From the NCBI RefSeq assembly GCF_006345805.1, contig NC_043014.1, positions 34,844,001 through 34,908,000 of the forward strand: a stretch of DNA of 64,000 bases, in the 5' to 3' direction. This document shows, piece after piece, positions 51,094 to 64,000 of the stretch (its first letter is position 1; each line of letters opens with the position of its first letter). The notes beneath the pieces are model-generated. The model was not told the origin of the DNA, ran no database searches, and was given only the letters and a program-made list of their open reading frames with translations. The position numbers and the translations under genes are program-made. This DNA is from Octopus sinensis. Its lineage: Eukaryota.

Positions 51094-51306
51094 CCCTTTA
51101 ACATTTAAACTGGCCATCTCTGGCCCAAATATTATACCTGTTTTATGTACAGATTGGCCATATTCAGCCTCTCATGCCTACCCTACAATGTCATACTAAA
51201 AATAAAAATCATTGAAATCTCAACACAAAAAGATAATGCATGATAATTCAAAATAACATGTATAAATAAACATTACATTAGACAGAATAACCTGAATTCT
51301 AAAGGG
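51094..51306. mobile_element. piggyBac-type MITE (32163 family), diverged
   Basis: TTAA|CCCTTTAACATTTAAAC ... CTAAAGGG. Confidence 0.75.
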
Positions 51307-51474
51307 CTGAAGATGATCTAACTGAATGAAAAAAAGAAGCCAAAATGGTTATGGCTATAATACTGGTGATCATAAGACTGCTAGATCAGGGCTATCTGGG
51401 GGTTAAACAACAACTTTGCCTTATATTAACCACCTGAGTTTAAAGATCCCTATCAGACTGTTCTGTTTCAACAT

Positions 51475-51779
51475 GTGGAGGCATGTGGGCTAGTGGTTAG
51501 AGCAGTGGACTCGCGGTCGAAGGATAGCGGGTTCGAATCTCAGACCAGGCGATGTGTGTGTTTATGAGCAAAACACCTAAGCTCCATGCAGCTCCAGCAG
51601 AAGGTAATGGCGAACTTCTGCTGACTCTTTTGCCACAACTTTCTCTCACTCTTTGCCCCTGCATCTTGCAGCTCACCTGCGACGAACCGGCGTCCCGTCC
51701 TGGTGGGGAACCTATACGCCAAGGAAACCGGGAAATCGGCCCTTATGAGCTTGACATGGCTCGAGGAAGAACAAAAAAA
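51475..51779 (+). mobile_element. tRNA-derived SINE, D-type head, A-rich tail
   Basis: A box (TAGTGGTTAG) and B box (GGTTCGAATC), followed by non-tRNA body and poly(A). Confidence 0.85.
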
Positions 51780-52679
51780 TTTCAACATGTGTTGACAAGA
51801 TGGAATTTTGTCAATTGAGGCTGCTTTTTATGGTTTATTCTTTTCTACCAAGGTACAACAATAAATACTTTGATAGTTAAAACTGTAGTGTACCAAACCT
51901 AGTGTGTTATGCTGTGGTAAGGGGCCATGATTTCGCAAGAAGAGTACTGTTTCATCTCTCTGTTCTGAGTTTTAGGTTCCACACTGTCAGTTAACATTTT
52001 AGGTTAGGTAAACTAACAGTTATTGTTATTGTGGTTAAGGTGATGAGCAGGTTGAATAGTTAGCTTGTTAGACAAAATTCTCAGTCATTTTTCCTACTCT
52101 TTACATGCTAAGCTTAAATCTCATTGAGATTAACTTTGCCTTTTGTCCTTTCAGGAATGATAAAATAAAGTACCGGTTCTGCTCTGGGGTTGATGTAATT
52201 GACTAGGTCCCGCCTATAAAATTTCAGGTCTTGTGCCTATATTAGAAAGGATTATTATTGTTGTTGGTTTATCCAGGTCAACCTTGACCCAGCAGATCTA
52301 TGATAAAAAGTATTCCAACTATAACCCACTTGTCTTTTTAGGATTATCTAAGGTCTGTGTTTTCTAATGTGCTGTTTTCTTTTTTAAACTGGCAGACATT
52401 ATTTGAGGGACATTTGGTTGTTATTTCTTGCAGATTGAAGAACCGACTAGTAGCTCCTTTATTGGCTTGAATAAATATCTGTAATATATTGTGGTTGTTA
52501 TGAAACAGCTGTGCTCCATCCACTCCGATAAAATATTGATCTTGTATTTAGTCAAATATAATCAGTATTAGACACGTCTTTAATTAAATTTTGCACCAAG
52601 TAAAATTGTCAAATTTTCAGTTTATTGTATAAATTAAAAATTTACATTTTCCATATCCTTGTCTTTTATACTATATAAT

Positions 52680-53150
52680 CTATTCGTTCATATGTTAATG
52701 AGTTTTTTTTTTAACTTGCCTTTCTTGTATGTTAATGAGACCTTTTCATACCCTACTTTCTTCATATGTTAATGAGACATTTCCTTTATGACGTCTTTTT
52801 CAAATAAAGCCCTCTCTTACCGTGTTTTCTTCATATTTTAATGAAACCCTCCCTTATTATGTCTTCTTTATTTGTTAATGAGGATCTTTCTGACCTTGCT
52901 TTCTCATGTTGATGGGGCCTTTTCCTACACTACTTTTTTCATATGTTAATGACACTCTCTCTTCCTCATATACTAAAGAGGCTCTCTATGACTGTTCATC
53001 TTTCTCATATGTTAATTAGGCCTTCTTCAATCCTATTGTCCTCTTATGATAATGAGGCTCTCTCTGACCCTCTCATTCTCATATGCTAATGAAGCTCACT
53101 TTAACCTTGTTTTCTTTATATGCTAATGAGACTCTCTAACCTTGTTCAGG
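52680..53150. repeat. Degenerate 37-bp minisatellite, about 13 units, conserved core CATATG(T/C)TAATGAG
   Basis: Cores at 52692, 52729, 52766, 52835, 52872, 52943, 53009, 53046, 53083 and 53120. Confidence 0.85.
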
Positions 53151-53299
53151 TGTTCCTAAATTCTTTCTTCTCTCGATGCTTTTCTTTTCATGGTCTGTAG
53201 TTTCCTGTGCATACTTATAAATTGTAAAATGTCTTGAAGCTCTTTGTTTCACTTGTAACCTGTGACATCATTTCATTTTCTAAATTCTTACCAGGTATA

Positions 53300-53880
53300 G
53301 GAATAACAACACATTCACTAGAGATGCTCAGTCACAAAAGTAGCTACTAAATTCAGATGTTGTCTCTAATTCATTATAAAAATGATCTTCGCACTTTTGC
53401 TACCAATGAGTCCAGTTGTAACTGAAAATTTCAGTCCTATCTTTGTCACTCCTTGTGGATTGCCAGTTGAACTTTGGAGAATTAGATGAATCCCTGGGAT
53501 CATTCACTAATGAGTTTCATTAGCATGATGGAAGAGATGGGAGTTTTCAAAGTTTCTATGTTGAGATGACAAAAGGCCTTCCAGATTGGGAAGAGATGCC
53601 AATGTCACAGTCTCTTGCGATTGATTTTGATGCCTTCTTTACTGTGTAAGGGGTAATGACAGCTTCTGCATTTGCTTCGGGGACTGTTATTTTTACTGCT
53701 GCTGAGTTCCCACACATGTTCCCAGGAAGTGAATTTGATGAGCTTCCTGGTATAGCTGCTACTAATTTGGTCATAAAATGGACTGTGCTATGACACAGAG
53801 TTGAATATCCCTGGTATAAAATATTCATCAGTGTCTCGGTTAATTTTTGTTCCTGGTAGCAGTTGTCCATTTATTCATTC
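53300..53880 (-). mobile_element. Probable decayed hAT (BED-type) transposase fragment
   Basis: 104-aa ORF with ISSQSGRPFVI, resembling the hAT 'RPFSIVED' block, and a degenerate BED-like segment upstream. Stops follow. Confidence 0.4.
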
Positions 53881-54270
53881 CAATGTTGTATATATTTCAA
53901 TTGTTAGAAATAATTATTAGCCAAGCAACAGTCTGTTGAGATAACATGAACTATAAATATACTTGTTCATGTCTTGGCTAATCTTTCAACAGAATTTGCA
54001 TATTTGGTCCTCTTGATTTTTGCATATATTCTAATTGTTTGAAATAATTTTTTAATTTTAAAAAAGTGTATAAAAAACTTGAGTTCTATTGTGTCTGTGC
54101 TCACGGCCAAAAAACAAACAATCCATTAAAATAACATATGCACTTTAAATACATGTGTCGGTATATCAAATAATCTTTCGTTTAGATCAAATTTGCATTT
54201 TGTGCTCTCAATTTTGCATATATTTCAGTTGTTAGAAATAATTATTAATTAATAAAGAAAATATACTCCC

Positions 54271-54660
54271 AGGCACAGACATGGGTGTGTATTTAAGAAG
54301 TCTGCTTTCCAATCATGTGGTTTTGAGTTCATTCCCACTGCATAATACCTTGAGCAGTTGTCTTCTACTTTAGCCCTAGGTTGACCTTTGTCTTGCGAAG
54401 GAATTTGATGGACAGAAATTATGTAGAAGATCATTGTGTGTGTGTCTTTGTGTCTGTGTTTTCCTTGCTGATCAGTTGACAACTGATATTGATTTGTTTA
54501 CATCCCTGTAATTTAGTGTTTGGCAATAGAAACCAATAGAATAAGGACCAGATTAAAAAAAAAACAAGTCCTGGGGTTGATTTGTTTGACTAGACCCTTC
54601 AAGGTGATACTCTAGCATGGTGCATGATTGCTGTCCAATGACTGAAACAAATAAAAGATT
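54271..54660 (+). mobile_element. SINE family A, strongly diverged
   Basis: Head, central segment and GACTGAAACAAATAAAAGA tail recognisable. Confidence 0.7.
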
Positions 54661-55479
54661 TTAGCTGAGTTCCCGAGTTTCTGTCCTCTTGCACTGAAAA
54701 ACCAAAAGATGGTTGAAGTGGCACATGAACTATAAATATATGTGTCAGTGTATCAACTAATCTTTCTTGTGAATTATACAAAAAAAAAACACAAACAAAA
54801 AAAGTAATCTTAGTGAAATGCTTTCCTATCATATCTTGGCCAAAATATTTTTTGCTTTTCTCTCTCCTTCTATAATGAAATAGTATAGTGCAATTAATGA
54901 AATAATATATTATTAAATAATATATTAATGAAATAATATAGTTGTGTTGTACAGAAAAGATTCAGCCAAATTGAAATGACCCATATATACATAAATATTA
55001 AGGACCTTATAGTTGAAATGAAAAAGAAAAGAAAACTGAGTTATATTAATACATAAATGTATGTACTTTGTTCCATTAAATTGAAGTTTCTTCTCTGACA
55101 AAAAAGAAAAATTAATTAGTATTGACTCCTGGCAAAATAAGTCTCTCACATACAAAAGAGATGAATAAGCAATAGACTAGTGGTTATATTTATATATGAA
55201 TGTATATATTTGGAAAAGTGACAGAAAAAGTAAAATAATTTTGCCATAGAAAGTGTAGTTCCTTACTGTTTGAATAGGATCCTTCATCAGGGTTAAGATG
55301 AAGGGGGAAAAAGGAAAGATTAGAGAGTTTTATGTCAGTATAATACAAGGTTTGTCAATAAAGACCACTACTAGCATCCTTGGATTCTATTTAATATTAT
55401 AAATATATATAATATAACATATAATATAAAATTTATTATATATATATTATATGTTATATATATTATATATAAATATAAA

Positions 55480-55990
55480 TATATATTATAAGTTATACTT
55501 GGTATGGATCAAATGGTTTCCTTTGTTTTTTACAGACATGAATTGACTTCTTCTCAATACATATGAACTGTGTTGAATGTTCTCATGCACCATAGATCTA
55601 ATAGTCAACTCTAGTCCCTGAAGCTCTTTGGCGATGACCCTTATTGATTTTTTTCCCAGGATCATCAACGATAATATTTTGAACCAGTTGGATGAATTGC
55701 AGTATCCTCATAGTGTCCAAATGCATAGAATGTTTTTTTTTTTTTGATAGAGGAAATATTCGTCACAGTTCCATTTGAACTTTGTGTACAAAATATCTTG
55801 CAACATTTAGAAAGTTGGCAATTTCTAATTTCCAGTGTTCTGCACATATAGCAACAATGACTGCATGTTCTTTTCATTTCTTGTAACTTCTTATCTGCTA
55901 TGGGAGATCTGAAAGAAATAAAACCTTTAAATTGGTTTGAAGAGAGTAATATACTGATATTTAAGTGTCCTCAAATACCCCTCGCACCCT
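55480..55990 (-). mobile_element. Tc1/mariner-superfamily transposase N-terminal (HTH) remnant with left TIR
   Basis: KSIRVIAKELQ...TIRSMVHENIQHSSYVLRRSQFMS matches mariner/maT-type HTH regions; TIR-like end at ~55990 next to TA. Confidence 0.7.
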
Positions 55991-56029
55991 ATACATATAT
56001 GTATGTATTCTCACAGACCTGTTGAGGCA

Positions 56030-56530
56030 AGTGAGAATCAAAATCGAAATCGATCACCATCAATGGAAATTGTAGTTGTGATACCAGTGCCGGTGGCACG
56101 TAAGCGAACCATCTGAATGTGGCCATTGCCAGTGCTGCCCCAACGGGCCTCCATGCCGGTGGCACATAAAAAGCACCATCCGATTGTGGCTGTTGCCAGC
56201 CTTGCCTGGCCCCCGTGCCGGTGGCATGTAAAAAGCACCATCCGATCATGGCTGTTGCCAGCCTGGCCTGGTCCCCGTGCTGGTGGCATGTAAAAAGCAC
56301 CATCCGACCGTGGCCGTTTGCCAGCCCCGTCTGGCACCTGTGCCAGTGGCACGTAAAAAGCACCCACTACACTCACGGAGTGGTTGGCGTTAGGAAGGGC
56401 ATCCAGCCATAGAAACATTGCCAGATCAGACTGGGCCTGGTGCAGCCTTCTGGCTTCCCAGACCCCAGTTGAACCGTCCAACCCATGCTAGCATGGAAAG
56501 CGGACGCTAAATGATGATGACGATGATGAT
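56030..56530 (+). mobile_element. SINE family C with about four internal units
   Basis: Same body and (GAT)n tail as 27890. Confidence 0.85.
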
Positions 56531-57149
56531 GTATACCGGGTATCCCAACATGGCTGCTGTTCAATTGGTAAAATAGGTTAAAGAATAAATTAATATAAAT
56601 TATTATCATCAATATCCTCAAGCATGGCTATTTGCAGCCATGTGGTTTTGGGTTCAGTCCCTGTGTATGGCATCTTGGCCAAGTGTCTTCTTAATTCCAA
56701 GTCAACTAAAGCCTTATGAATGAATTTGGTAGGCAGAAAATGAAGTGTGTGTGTTTATTTTATTGATGACAGTGCAAGTTAGAAATGAAATATTACAAAG
56801 CCTCATTGTGGTTAAATAAAAATGTAAGCACATTCTTTCTATACTATTGATATGTGGAGAAAAAAAGAGGGAGTCTCCTGATGGACTATTTCACAGTTTG
56901 TTGACCATTCCTTAGAGATGTATGGAAACTGGGTACTTCTTCACTATGAAATGGTCCATCAAGAGACACCATCACACATTTTTGAAGTTATAGGAAGTAA
57001 TAGTTAAATGTGATTGAGGGCGATGAACTTTTATGAGTGGGAGGGGAAATAAAAGGATAAATGGGATGATAGGCATGGAAAGGAAAAATAGAAATCAAAA
57101 TAAGATAGGTGAATCATAGAAGGAAAACAGGAAAATAATTGAGCAAAGA

Positions 57150-57760
57150 AAGTTTAAGGCAAAACAATTTCGGGTGTCTGAACATTTATGTACTTCTAAT
57201 AAAGTGAAGTTGGTGTTTCTCATGTAATAGGTGCTTTACAAAGTGTCTGCATTTTCTGAATATTTTTGATTTAATGATTAAAAGTTTTGTTTAAACAAAA
57301 TTTTTGAGAATTCTTGAGCATAGATCAAATCAATTTGCTTTAAATTTAGTAGGTATCCAGATCTTTCCAGGATTTTCTATTTAATACTATAGACTGAATT
57401 TTACTTTTAATCTCCAGATGCTGGGATTCAATTTTGTAGTGTTATTTTTACCTGTATGTTCAAAGGAGGATATATGATGATAAAATAGTCATATGAATTT
57501 TGTACAAGTTTGGTTTCCATGGCGTAACATCTGCCTCATAAAATTTTTGCTTACTCATTACAGGATAGAGTTTGTATAGTGGGCATGTATTAGGATTCCT
57601 GAATGAACATGTGCTTCATGTTTCACAGGTGTTGTGCAACTATATCTATTTGAGAATTTTATTTGTTGAAAAGGACTCTATATCTATAATCAAGAAAGGC
57701 ATGTTTATCTATTTGTGTTAGGAAGTCTCTCTTCCTATATTAGGTTTTACACTGTGTGAC
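57150..57760 (-). mobile_element. Penelope-like element GIY-YIG endonuclease remnant
   Basis: Minus-strand CSFRNPNTCPL..., DVTPWKPNLY, NNTTKLNPSIWRLK and FDLC fragments follow the order of the PLE C-terminus (CxCR...CPL...LSKxIWxLK...CxLC). Confidence 0.6.
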
Positions 57761-60191
57761 CAGTGTGTGTGTGTGTGTGTGTATGCATATACTAAATCTA
57801 TCTACCCTGACAGCAATAATAATGATGATGATTTCTTAAGCAGAAGGCCACATACCTCGATATACTGGTCTATGTAGAGTTTAGAAGACAGCCTCCTTCT
57901 CAAGAACTCCTGATGCTTTTGCATATTCCCCTGACTATCTCTACCTGCATTAGAGACAACTGTTATGTAAAATCACATCAAGTAACCTCCTTGTCCCCTC
58001 ATTCTATAACTAAGCAATCCCTCTCCCCTAAATCACTAAAACATATCATGTGGACTCAACAACCTGTATCACAGAGAGTAACTGTTTAGGAAGGTAGTAG
58101 CTCTTAATAAGAAATGATACTGGTGGAAGTGTGTGGGCTTTTTAGTTCTCCTTATAAGGGGCAACCACTGTAGTTTTAGTTGCATGATGAAATGCACTGG
58201 ATACACTCTGTAAAGTGGTTTATAATATAAAGGACATCCAAAACCACGAATGTGTGGGTGATATATGGATTCTGCAAGCTGTATCACAAACTACCTCTCT
58301 ATAAGGGAAGGTAGTAATTCCCAATAACAACTGATTCATAATAGAGAGACATTTTGTCCTCCTTGTATGAGACAACCTCTTTAGCGAAGTAGCATCATTA
58401 AATGCACTTAAATATATACATTAAATTTGGTTAGTTTTCTTTGGTGTTGCATATGTTAAACGAGACCCATTCAACCCATGCTAGCATTGAAAAACTGATA
58501 TAAAATGTTGATGGTATGACAATTCTGTCAATAATTTAGAAGATGGAATAGAAATTTGAAATTTTAATTCCACCTAAAGATACATAACTGTTACAATCTG
58601 AATAGAGCATAATTGAGCCTTACCTTTAATTGCAAATCTAGAGTACATTGTGAGGGCGTATTGTTATGTATGCCTGCAAATGCTACAAAGCCTGTCAAGA
58701 ACAAGGAAGCCAACTGCAGTCATAATTGGTAAGAAGCCATGTGGTTGTCTATGGATTTCAAGTGTCAGAACAATTTTATGGCACGGGTCAACTTAGTCAG
58801 CAAATTAAATGGTTACTGTTGTAGAACCATGAAATATATCCATGAATAAATTGCTGTGATCGTACATATGGAATATTCATCAATATTCTGATAAATATCA
58901 TCGTCCTCTTTTTCTATTGCTCTTTATTATTCATGAGCTAAGATGGAGAAGATAGGTGTTGGACGCTTCATGAATAATATTGAATGAATATATTTTCAGC
59001 CTGCGATCATGTTGTCAATACAATATCAGCAGGCAGTGTTCACTTAGATATCAATCACTGACCACTTCACCACTCCTTTTCTCCTCTTTCTCTTTATTCT
59101 CTCTCTCTCTCTCTTGTCCTATGTATCTCTAAACCTATCTAGCTATCTACCTACCAACCTATTTACCTATATATATATATACATACATACACATATATCA
59201 ACATTCTATCTACCTATTTATCTATACTGTATCTATCTATCTGTTTATCTGTTTCTATATCACCATATATCTCCATTTAGCTATCTGCCAACCTATATAT
59301 CTATTTACATGCTGTCTGTTTTTCTGTTTGAATATTTTTTCCATTAATAATTTTTGTACTGCTTATTTTCTTATTTTGTTAATTTCTTTGTGTATTTCTA
59401 CATTATATACAACTTCTTGCTTTAAGGTTAAGAATTTGAGCCCTATTTTTGAGAGATTTAAGGCAACTTTGTCTATTTGGTAAGTTGTGAGATAGATTTT
59501 AATATATATAATAGCAACATGTTACCTAGCCTTTTTGTGATCTTAAGAGAAGTTGTTTCAAAAAGTTTTGCATTTTATTGTTTGAAAACAGGACGAAATG
59601 TAAATTGAAATTATAAATTATTTTAATTTATGGCTTAAGGTGGCAATTATTTATATTGACTTTCATAAGTGGTAGTGAAAGGAAAGAACTTCCTAGTTCA
59701 GGTTGAGGGTTTCTTTGTCTGCAGGAAAGGATAGTTAAAAGCTATACAAGTAAAGATAGGACTAAGAAACTTATCAAAACAAAAAAAAAACATCAGATTA
59801 AAATGGCAAGGGAGACTACTCCAGAATTTAAAAAATTGAATTGTGGAATGCAGTGGTGATTGAGTGATCTTTGGTATATATTAGATATATTTTAGTTTTA
59901 TTAAACCTTTTCTGCAAAGCATAATCTTTATCATTACTGCTAGAGCTTAAGATGAGTGGTAGTCAAGCTACACTGTGAAAACTGCTGGATTTAGAGAGTT
60001 TTTGTTTAACTCTCGGTCAGCACTGATCCAGCAAACTTATGATCAAAAACATTTCAGCTTTGATCATTCTGTCTTTTTCTTTTACTAGCATTGTGCACTT
60101 AAAACAAAATATCTTATGCATCCTTGCTCTTTTAATGTGATTCGAGGGCGTTTGTGCTGCTCTTTCTAACGAGTCAAGTAATCACATAGAG

Positions 60192-60526
60192 CAGGGGTTC
60201 TCAACCATTTTTTTTTACCTATGGATCCCTTTGATTCCTATTTTACTTGTGTGTACCCCCATAGCCAGTCAATGTTTCAAAAATCCTATTGTATTTTTGT
60301 AATAAACTATTATTGGTAGTTTTATAAAAACTGTTAATATGTTTTGTGTATTGTGGGCGTATAACCAATTTATTACTCAAATTATAATGGTCTGAAGCAC
60401 AAATTTTTCATGATCCCTGAAAAATGACTGTGGACCTCTAATTTATTAAATTGCATCCGTGGATCCCCCCCAGGAAATCTTATGTGGAACCCCAAGGACC
60501 ATATGAACTCCGGTTAAGAACCCCTG
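60192..60526. mobile_element. hAT (Charlie-like) MITE, 335 bp
   Basis: TIRs CAGGGGTTCTCAACC / GGTTAAGAACCCCTG; perfect 8-bp TSD ACATAGAG at 60184-60191 and 60527-60534. Confidence 0.93.
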
Positions 60527-61316
60527 ACATAGAGGCTTGTTATTTTTAGCTCCTAGGTCAGACTCAGTTCTTTTGATCCATGGTCAGAAGTATTCCATCC
60601 AATACTATTCTGCCTCTTTTTATTTTTCACAACAATTTGTTTAGGATTACGTTATCCATTGTATCTCTGTTTTATGAATAAGATGTGCAATTTGAATAAG
60701 ATATGACTGCTCTTTTTTAATTATATAAATGTTTAATTATATAAATGTTGCCTAATTGTTGGTGTTCTTGCTATTGGAGATAAATCACAAAATACACTGT
60801 TGACATAGTTGACAATTCATGGTGCACATCACTACTGTAAATATTTGAGTGTGAAACAACCAAAGAGGATAGCCACAGATTGGAAAAATTCTGCTACACT
60901 GCTGTTTGGATTATTAAGTACTATAACTGGTTTACTTTCAGGGAAGTTACACAAGAACTAAATTTTAATTATCTTTAAAAATAGACATTTAATGTATGAA
61001 TTATTGTGTCATGTTTATTATTACAGCCTGTTAAGGTGGCAAGTGCATTTTGTCCATCTTTACACCTTGAGTTCAAATTCCACTAAGGTCAACTTTTCGT
61101 CCTTTTGGGGTCAGTGAGTTAAGCACCAATTTAGCTCTGGGGCTGATGTAATCAACTAGCCCCCCTCCTCAAAATTTCATGTCCTGTGCCTAAAGGATTA
61201 TTGCAGCCTGTTCTATCATGTCTGCCACCAAAATTAGTATCTTGCAATCAGTACAAGGCCACGCATTTTTGGGGTGGAATATAGTTGAGTAAATTGACCC
61301 CAATATTTATCTGGTT

Positions 61317-61654
61317 GTGAAGGCACATGGCTCAGTGGTTAGGGCGTCAAGCTTATGATCGTGAGTTTGTGAGCTTGAATCCCGGACCGGGCTGTGTGTT
61401 GTGTTCTTGAGCAAGACACTTTATTTCAGTTTGCTCCAGTTCACTCAGCTGTAGAAATGGGTTGCGATGTCACAGGTGCCAAGCTGTATCGACTGTTGCC
61501 TTTCCCTTAGATAACATCAGTGGCGTGGAGAGGGGAGGTCGGCATGCATAGGCGACTGCTGGTCTTCCATAAACAACCTTGCCTGGACTTGTGCCTGGGA
61601 AAGTAACTTTCTAGGTGCAATCCCATGGTCTGTGTCGTGACCGAAGGGGGTCTC
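61317..61654 (+). mobile_element. tRNA-derived SINE with a CORE/Meta-like central domain
   Basis: A box TGGCTCAGTGGTTAG, degenerate B box, then TTGAGCAAGACACTTTAT...CAGTTCACTCAGCTGTAGAAATGGG. Confidence 0.8.
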
Positions 61655-63882
61655 AGATTTGTCTGGTATTTTATTTAATCTAGCTTAGAAAGGTGAAATA
61701 TTAACCCACTTACAAGATTGCTTTGAACACACCTTTGTTTAATTCTGTGTTGTTTTTGGCAAGTGGGTAATCAATAGTTTTACCTGGTTAAGCTTCAACT
61801 AGCTTGTATTTTCATACTTGACTGCAGATATTTCAGTGTTTCTGGGTAAATTATTTAATTCTTTTTGTTTTAGTTTTGGTATTCGATCTTCTTAGAAAGG
61901 TACTTGTGATCTCTCAGTTGTCTGTCCAAGGGTATGTGTCTCTTATTTGATTAATGCCACATAAAGACTTAGTGTTTGTGAACAGATGTTGCTTAGACAA
62001 AGTTTATTTCAGTAGTTTCGAAAAAGAAGAGTGGAGTTATATTGTTATTGTTTAGCCTCAAATCAATCCTGACTGACTAGACCTATATATGATGAAAGGC
62101 ATTCCTATCATGCTTCCTACCTTTTTTTTTCAGAATGCGTATCTAAGACATCATCATCCAGTTTGTCTGTGCATTGTTTTAAGTCAGTTGCTTGTGATTT
62201 GAAGGTTTAGCTGCTGTTTCTAACAGCTAGACCACCATGTAGGGGATCCTTTATTTGACTCCAATGTGTATTTGATAGTTGTTATAGCCACTTTTAACTT
62301 AGGTTTGTTCAAATATATTGGCATACATGTGAATAACAAATATCTATAATTAGCACTGATTGTGGGTGTATAGTAGAATAGCTGAAATATATAAAAACTT
62401 ACAAAATATCCATTATAATTCTTGTTGCTGATTACTCTTGTAATTTATTTTAAAAATGCAGTAAATGTTAGTAGCAAGTTTTTTTTTTTTAATTTCATTT
62501 CTTTAGCTTGACTGTTTATCATGAATACCAGCCCAATGTAGAGTTACATACTGCGAAAGTATATATTAGTAGTGTGTTAACTGACATCCTTTAAATGACT
62601 TGGTGAGAGGTGAAAGGGCATCCCACAAGACCCTCTCTTTTTCAAGGTCTTTAATATTGGTGAGCAGAAGGGGGAGGTTATCTTTGGACTGGAGATCTAA
62701 CCTGAAAGCTGCTAAAGGAAACCTTCTACATGTGAACCTTACCACATTGCCATTCCTGCACAAATTATTTCTGTCTTATAAAACAATTCTATTGCATTGC
62801 TTTTTATCTTTTATGTGGAGTTTGCTCCAGTAAAGGCTACCTGAGCTGATAGTGATGGCCTTCTGACTAACAAGTCCTCTGTTAGTATCTTGTCTCTAAT
62901 GCTGCACTATGTTAGTAAAATATTGAACACCTACTGACTTAGTGCATCTAACTGCAAGAAGGTTGTTGTGGTTTGGACTCAGGTCAATTCTGCCAAGCAG
63001 ATATATGATCAAAGGCATTAGAGTTGCAACCATCCTATGTTTTTTTGTTAGCCATTATCTGTCCGGAACTACATTATCCAGTGAGTCATTACTTCAGTAA
63101 GATAATGTGAGAGAGAGGATAATTTGAGGGAAATTTGGCTGCTGTGTCTGGGAGGGCCAGCAATCATGCAAAGACATCTTTGCGTAATCCCAAATGAAGT
63201 TCTTGTAATACAAGGGCTATAAACAAATATCTATATTAAAAATTTCTCCAAGATATCCTCTGTAAGTTTTTGTAAGTTTGTAAGTTTTTGTCCCTTCAAA
63301 TATTTATATATGTAGGTAGGTTTTCTCAACCTATACAATGTGGGGAAAAGAGGATTTTTTGCTGAAGTTTTATTTTGCTCTTATAATTTTCTTTTATCAT
63401 CTGTATTAATTACATTTGAATATGACTCAATAAGCCATTATATTTAACACAGGAATATTTAGTTTGAAGTATCTCAGCTAGTTCAGATGATAGGCCAATG
63501 AACTACATGCTGTTCACATTTGGTGTGAAAAGAAAATGTGCTATGTTTTCTCTGCAACTCTAGCCAATATTTGACTTTGCCTTCTAGTGACAATCAGTTA
63601 CATTGCTATTTTGCTATTTCTTTTGATGAAAGCATGAACATTACAGACTCACAATCATTCCTCCTCTCCATTCCTCTTATACCAAGGTTGTATCTCAACT
63701 AGAAATCAAATACCAATTTAATCCTCCCTTTTTTTTTTTTCTTTCTTCCTTTTGTTTTTGCATTGCAACAGTAGAATTCTGTTGCTTTAGAGAGTAAATA
63801 ATTCAGAAATGCCATCTACATGGAAAAACAATAGTTATGTTAATGTTAACATATTTAATAACTGAAACATTAAAGAGACTAA

Positions 63883-63929
<47 letters not shown>

Positions 63930-64000
63930 TGCAATGAAGAAAAATGATATTCATAAATTATGTATTCTCCTGCAAGTATTGGAGATAATATTGGACATTT

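Noticed and set aside
51475-51550. Possible tRNA gene (also 9376 and 61317)
   Set aside because: A/B boxes are present, but there is no closed acceptor stem and the sequence continues into SINE body and tail.
39112-53150. CRISPR-like repeat/spacer appearance of the 38-bp (39.1-39.6 kb) and 37-bp (52.7-53.2 kb) arrays
   Set aside because: Eukaryotic context, short degenerate cores, 'spacers' that are mutually homologous, and no cas genes.
35219-54200. Window-wide enrichment of the octamer ATGCAAAT
   Set aside because: About 4-5 hits are expected by chance in 64 kb of this composition, similar to the number I saw.
58925-58979. 12-bp AT-rich inverted repeat
   Set aside because: At chance level for this base composition and spacer length.
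62566-62763. 65-aa minus ORF with natural-looking composition
   Set aside because: No ATG start, ambiguous splice signals and no recognisable family; could be a TE remnant. A TBLASTN search would settle it.

Overview
This is AT-rich, microsatellite- and transposon-dense eukaryotic DNA. The SINE families and the (AT)n/(CA)n/(GAT)n load look like an octopod cephalopod (Octopus-type) genome; that assignment is from recognition, not a database search. No conserved cellular protein-coding gene could be recognised. Most listed ORFs are artefacts of microsatellites or repeats. The window holds at least four tRNA-derived or RTE-tailed SINE families, decayed RTE LINEs, a near-intact gag-like ORF with a CCHC knuckle, and Penelope-like, mariner-like and probable hAT remnants. 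It also holds MITEs, two with perfect 8-bp TSDs. The most interesting signals are: (i) three minimal hammerhead-ribozyme-like motifs with compensatory stem changes in Penelope-derived repeats, two with an unusual core; (ii) a 169-nt near-perfect foldback; (iii) a candidate spliced minus-strand gene for a ~98-aa signal-peptide-bearing protein at 19.2-20.4 kb, possibly fed by phase-compatible upstream exons out to ~48.8 kb; (iv) several structured tandem arrays. All gene models are unverified inferences from splice signals.
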